The notes under the pieces are model-generated. The model was not told where the DNA came from. It saw nothing but the letters and a program-made list of their open reading frames with translations, and searched no databases. This document shows, in pieces, positions 61,230 to 64,000 of a DNA stretch of 64,000 nucleotides. Each line of letters starts with the position of its first letter. The first letter of the stretch is position 1. The DNA comes from Scyliorhinus canicula (Eukaryota): positions 248,001 to 312,000 of the forward strand of contig NW_024055479.1 in assembly GCF_902713615.1 (NCBI RefSeq), given 5' to 3'. Position numbers and translations under genes: made by a program.

Positions 61230-64000
61230 TTTTTAAAAAAATACATTTTGTTAAGGTTTTGTAATTTTATAATAATAAGTGACAACAGTAAACAATGCAA
61301 ATCCACATAAAACATCATGCATAAATCATCTCCATCCTTAACAAGTCCCTCCTACCCTCAACAGAGAATAGCCTAACTGTCCCCCTTTAAGTTTTGTGCC
61401 TCTGCTGACAGTTAATTTTCTCTAAAGAAGTCGACAAACGGCTGCCACCTCCTGATGAAACCGAGCGTTGACCCTCTGAGGGCAAACTTGATTTTTCAAG
61501 TCTGAGAAATCCAGCCACGTCGCTAACCCAGATCTCCGATTCCGGCGGTTTCGAGTCCCTCCACGCTAGCAATATCCGTCTCCGGGCTACCAGGGAGGCA
61601 AAGGCCAAGACATCAGCCTCTCTCGCCCCCTGGACTGCCGACACTCCAAAATCCGCCACCTCTGGGCTCAGCACCACCCGTGTTTTTAGGGCCGTGGACA
61701 TGACATCTGTAAAACCCTGCCAGAATCCCCCAAGCTTCAGGCAGGCCCAGAACATACGGACATGACTTGCTGTCCCCCCACCCCCCCCCCCCCCCTCTCC
61801 TCTACCCCAAGAAACCTGCTCATCCAGGCCACCGGCATGTGTGCCCGGTGAACGGGGCAGCACGGTGGCACAGTGGTTAGAATCGCTGCCTCACGGCGCC
61901 AAAGTCCCAGGTTCGATCCCGGCTCTGGGTCACTGTCTGTGTGGAGTTTGCACATTCTGCCTGTGTTTGCGTGAGTTTCGCCCCAACCCCAAGATGTGTA
62001 GACTAGGTGGATTGGCCACGCTAAATTGTCCCTTAATTGGAAAAAATAAATTTGGTACTCTTAAATTTTTTAAAAAATGTCTGCCCTGTGAACGACCATA
62101 AATTGTATCAGGCTGAGCCTGGCACATGATGAGGACGTATTGACTCTGCTCAAGGCATCCGCCCACAGACCTGCCTCTATCCCTCCCCAGAGCTTCTCTT
62201 CCCATTTGCCCTTTAGCTCCTCTATCTGAGTTTCCCCCGACTCCATGAGATCTTTGTAGATAACCAATACCTTTCCCTCTCCCACCTTTCATAACGTTTA
62301 AGAGGCTTCTGACTTTGGCCGTAAGTTGCCTGCCCTTCACAAACCCCGTCTGGTCTTCCCTCATCACCTCAGGGACACAGCCCTCTAGCCTTGAGGCCAA
62401 TATGCTGGCCAACAGTTTGGCATCCACGTTCAATAGGAAGATTGGCCTATATGACCCGCATAGCTCAGGGTCCTTCTCGCACTTCAGGATCGAGGCCTGT
62501 GACATTGTTGGGGGAAGGGCACCCTGCTCCCTTGCCTCATTAAATTCCCTCACCAGCAGCGGGCCCAGCATCTCCGAGAACTTCTTATAAAATTCAACTG
62601 GGTAGCTGTCCGATCCCGGGGCCTTACCCAATGCCTGGCCCCCAGCCCCTCTACTATTTCTTCAATTCCAATCGGGGCTCCCAACTCCTCCACCAGTCCT
62701 TCCTTCGGACTTCAACTCACCCAGAAACTGCCTCATCCCCTCTACCCCAGCTGGGGTTCTGACTCATATAACTTGCTATAAAACTCCATAAACACCCCGT
62801 TCACCCCTGCTGGGTCCAAGACCGGGTTCCCACCTCTGTCCTTCACTCTTCCAAGCTCCCTGGCCGCCTCCCTTTTCCTCAGCTCGTGCGCTAGCATCGT
62901 ACTGGCCTCACCATACTCGTATACCGCTCCCCCCTCGCCTTCCTCAGTTACTCCTCCGCCTTCCCTCCAGATAACAGCTCAAACTCCATTTGTAGCCCCT
63001 GCCACTCCTTCAATAACCCCGCCTCCGGGGCCTCCGAATATGTCCTGTCCACCTGGAGTATTTCCCCAACTACCCTGTCCCTCTCTGCTCGCTCCACCTT
63101 TTCCCTATGGGTCTGTATCGACATTAACTCCCCCCTAACCACTGCCTTCAGCGCTTCCCAAACCGTTGCTGCCGAGACATCCCCCGTCTCATTTATTTCC
63201 AAATAGTTCTGGATAGATTCCTTCACCCGCCTGCACACCCCCTCATCCGCTAACAGTCCCACACCCAACCTCCATTGCGGGCGCTGCCCTCTCTCCTTAC
63301 CCGTAAATCCACCCAATGTGGGGCATGGTCCGACACAGCAATTGCCGAATATTCGATATCAACCACCCCCACCAGCAGAACCATGCTCAGAATAAAGAAG
63401 TCGATCCGGCAGTACGCTTTGTGCACATGGGAGAAAAAAAGAAAATTCCTTCACTCTTGGCCGTCCGAACCGCCGCGGGTCTACCCCCCTCCCCCCCCCA
63501 CAATTTACTCCATGAACCCCTTTAGTTCCTTTGCTACAGCAGGCACCCTCCCTGTCGTTGACCTCGAACCCCCCACCTCACCATGATGAACTTGCCCCCA
63601 CGTCCACCACTATTCTCCCTGCCTCAAATGCCACCCGTTTGTTGATCAGGATAGCGACCCCCCTAGTCTTAAGAGTCCAGCACTGAAATGAAATACTTGG
63701 CCGACCCATCCCTTCCTCAATCTGGTCTGATTTATTGCTCTCAGGTGTGACTCCTGTAACATTGCCACGTTCGCCTTCAATCCCTTCAAATGTGTGAACA
63801 TGTGAGCTCTCTTAACCAGCCTATTCGGCCCTCTAATGTTCCATGTACTGATCACCCTTCTTAGGCCAGCCTCCAGCTCGCGTCCCTCAACTCCATTGGC
63901 CCACCTTCGGGCATCCACTGTCCTCGACCTCCCCTTTTGTCTCTCAGCAATAGTTTCTCCTCTGTCAGCAGAGCAGCTCCCTCTTCCCCCTCCGCCCCAC
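61230..64000 (-). mobile_element. Second, internally deleted L1/Tx1-like copy with a V-SINE insertion (61853-62075); runs off the right edge
   Basis: ORF pieces (TWNIRGPN...QESH; GKAPGSD.YP.EFYK; YRPIFLLNVDAK; ARRRILLAW) match the L1 at 42268-47912. Confidence 0.9.

Overview
Repeat-rich vertebrate genomic DNA, almost certainly from a cartilaginous fish. The evidence is a shark-type IgH minicluster, HE1/V-SINEs, shark-type CR1s and KRAB-less C2H2 genes; the exact species cannot be determined. Left part: an IgM-like heavy-chain minicluster on the minus strand (leader 8787-8832, VH exon 8342-8658, one free D at 7954-7965, JH 7539-7586). Its VH appears already fused in the germline to a 15-nt D1, leaving a VD-D-J layout. 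The downstream 7.5 kb of J-C intron holds a diverged ~0.6-kb duplication, a CA/GA minisatellite and a 4-kb G-skewed 40-bp satellite; no C exon lies in the window. The rest is a cluster of at least six KRAB-less C2H2 zinc-finger genes or pseudogenes with CpG-rich promoters, heavily invaded by CR1, L1/Tx1-like, L2, Rex/Babar and Penelope retroelements, many SINEs and a FLYWCH-MULE (Phantom-like) DNA transposon split by a near-intact L1. The most notable items are the germline V-D1 join and a 411-bp mini-Penelope. The latter has two identical minimal hammerhead ribozymes 310 nt apart and a clean target-site duplication, resembling a retrozyme. All calls come from reading the sequence by eye; no database searches or folding programs were run, and repeat boundaries are approximate.
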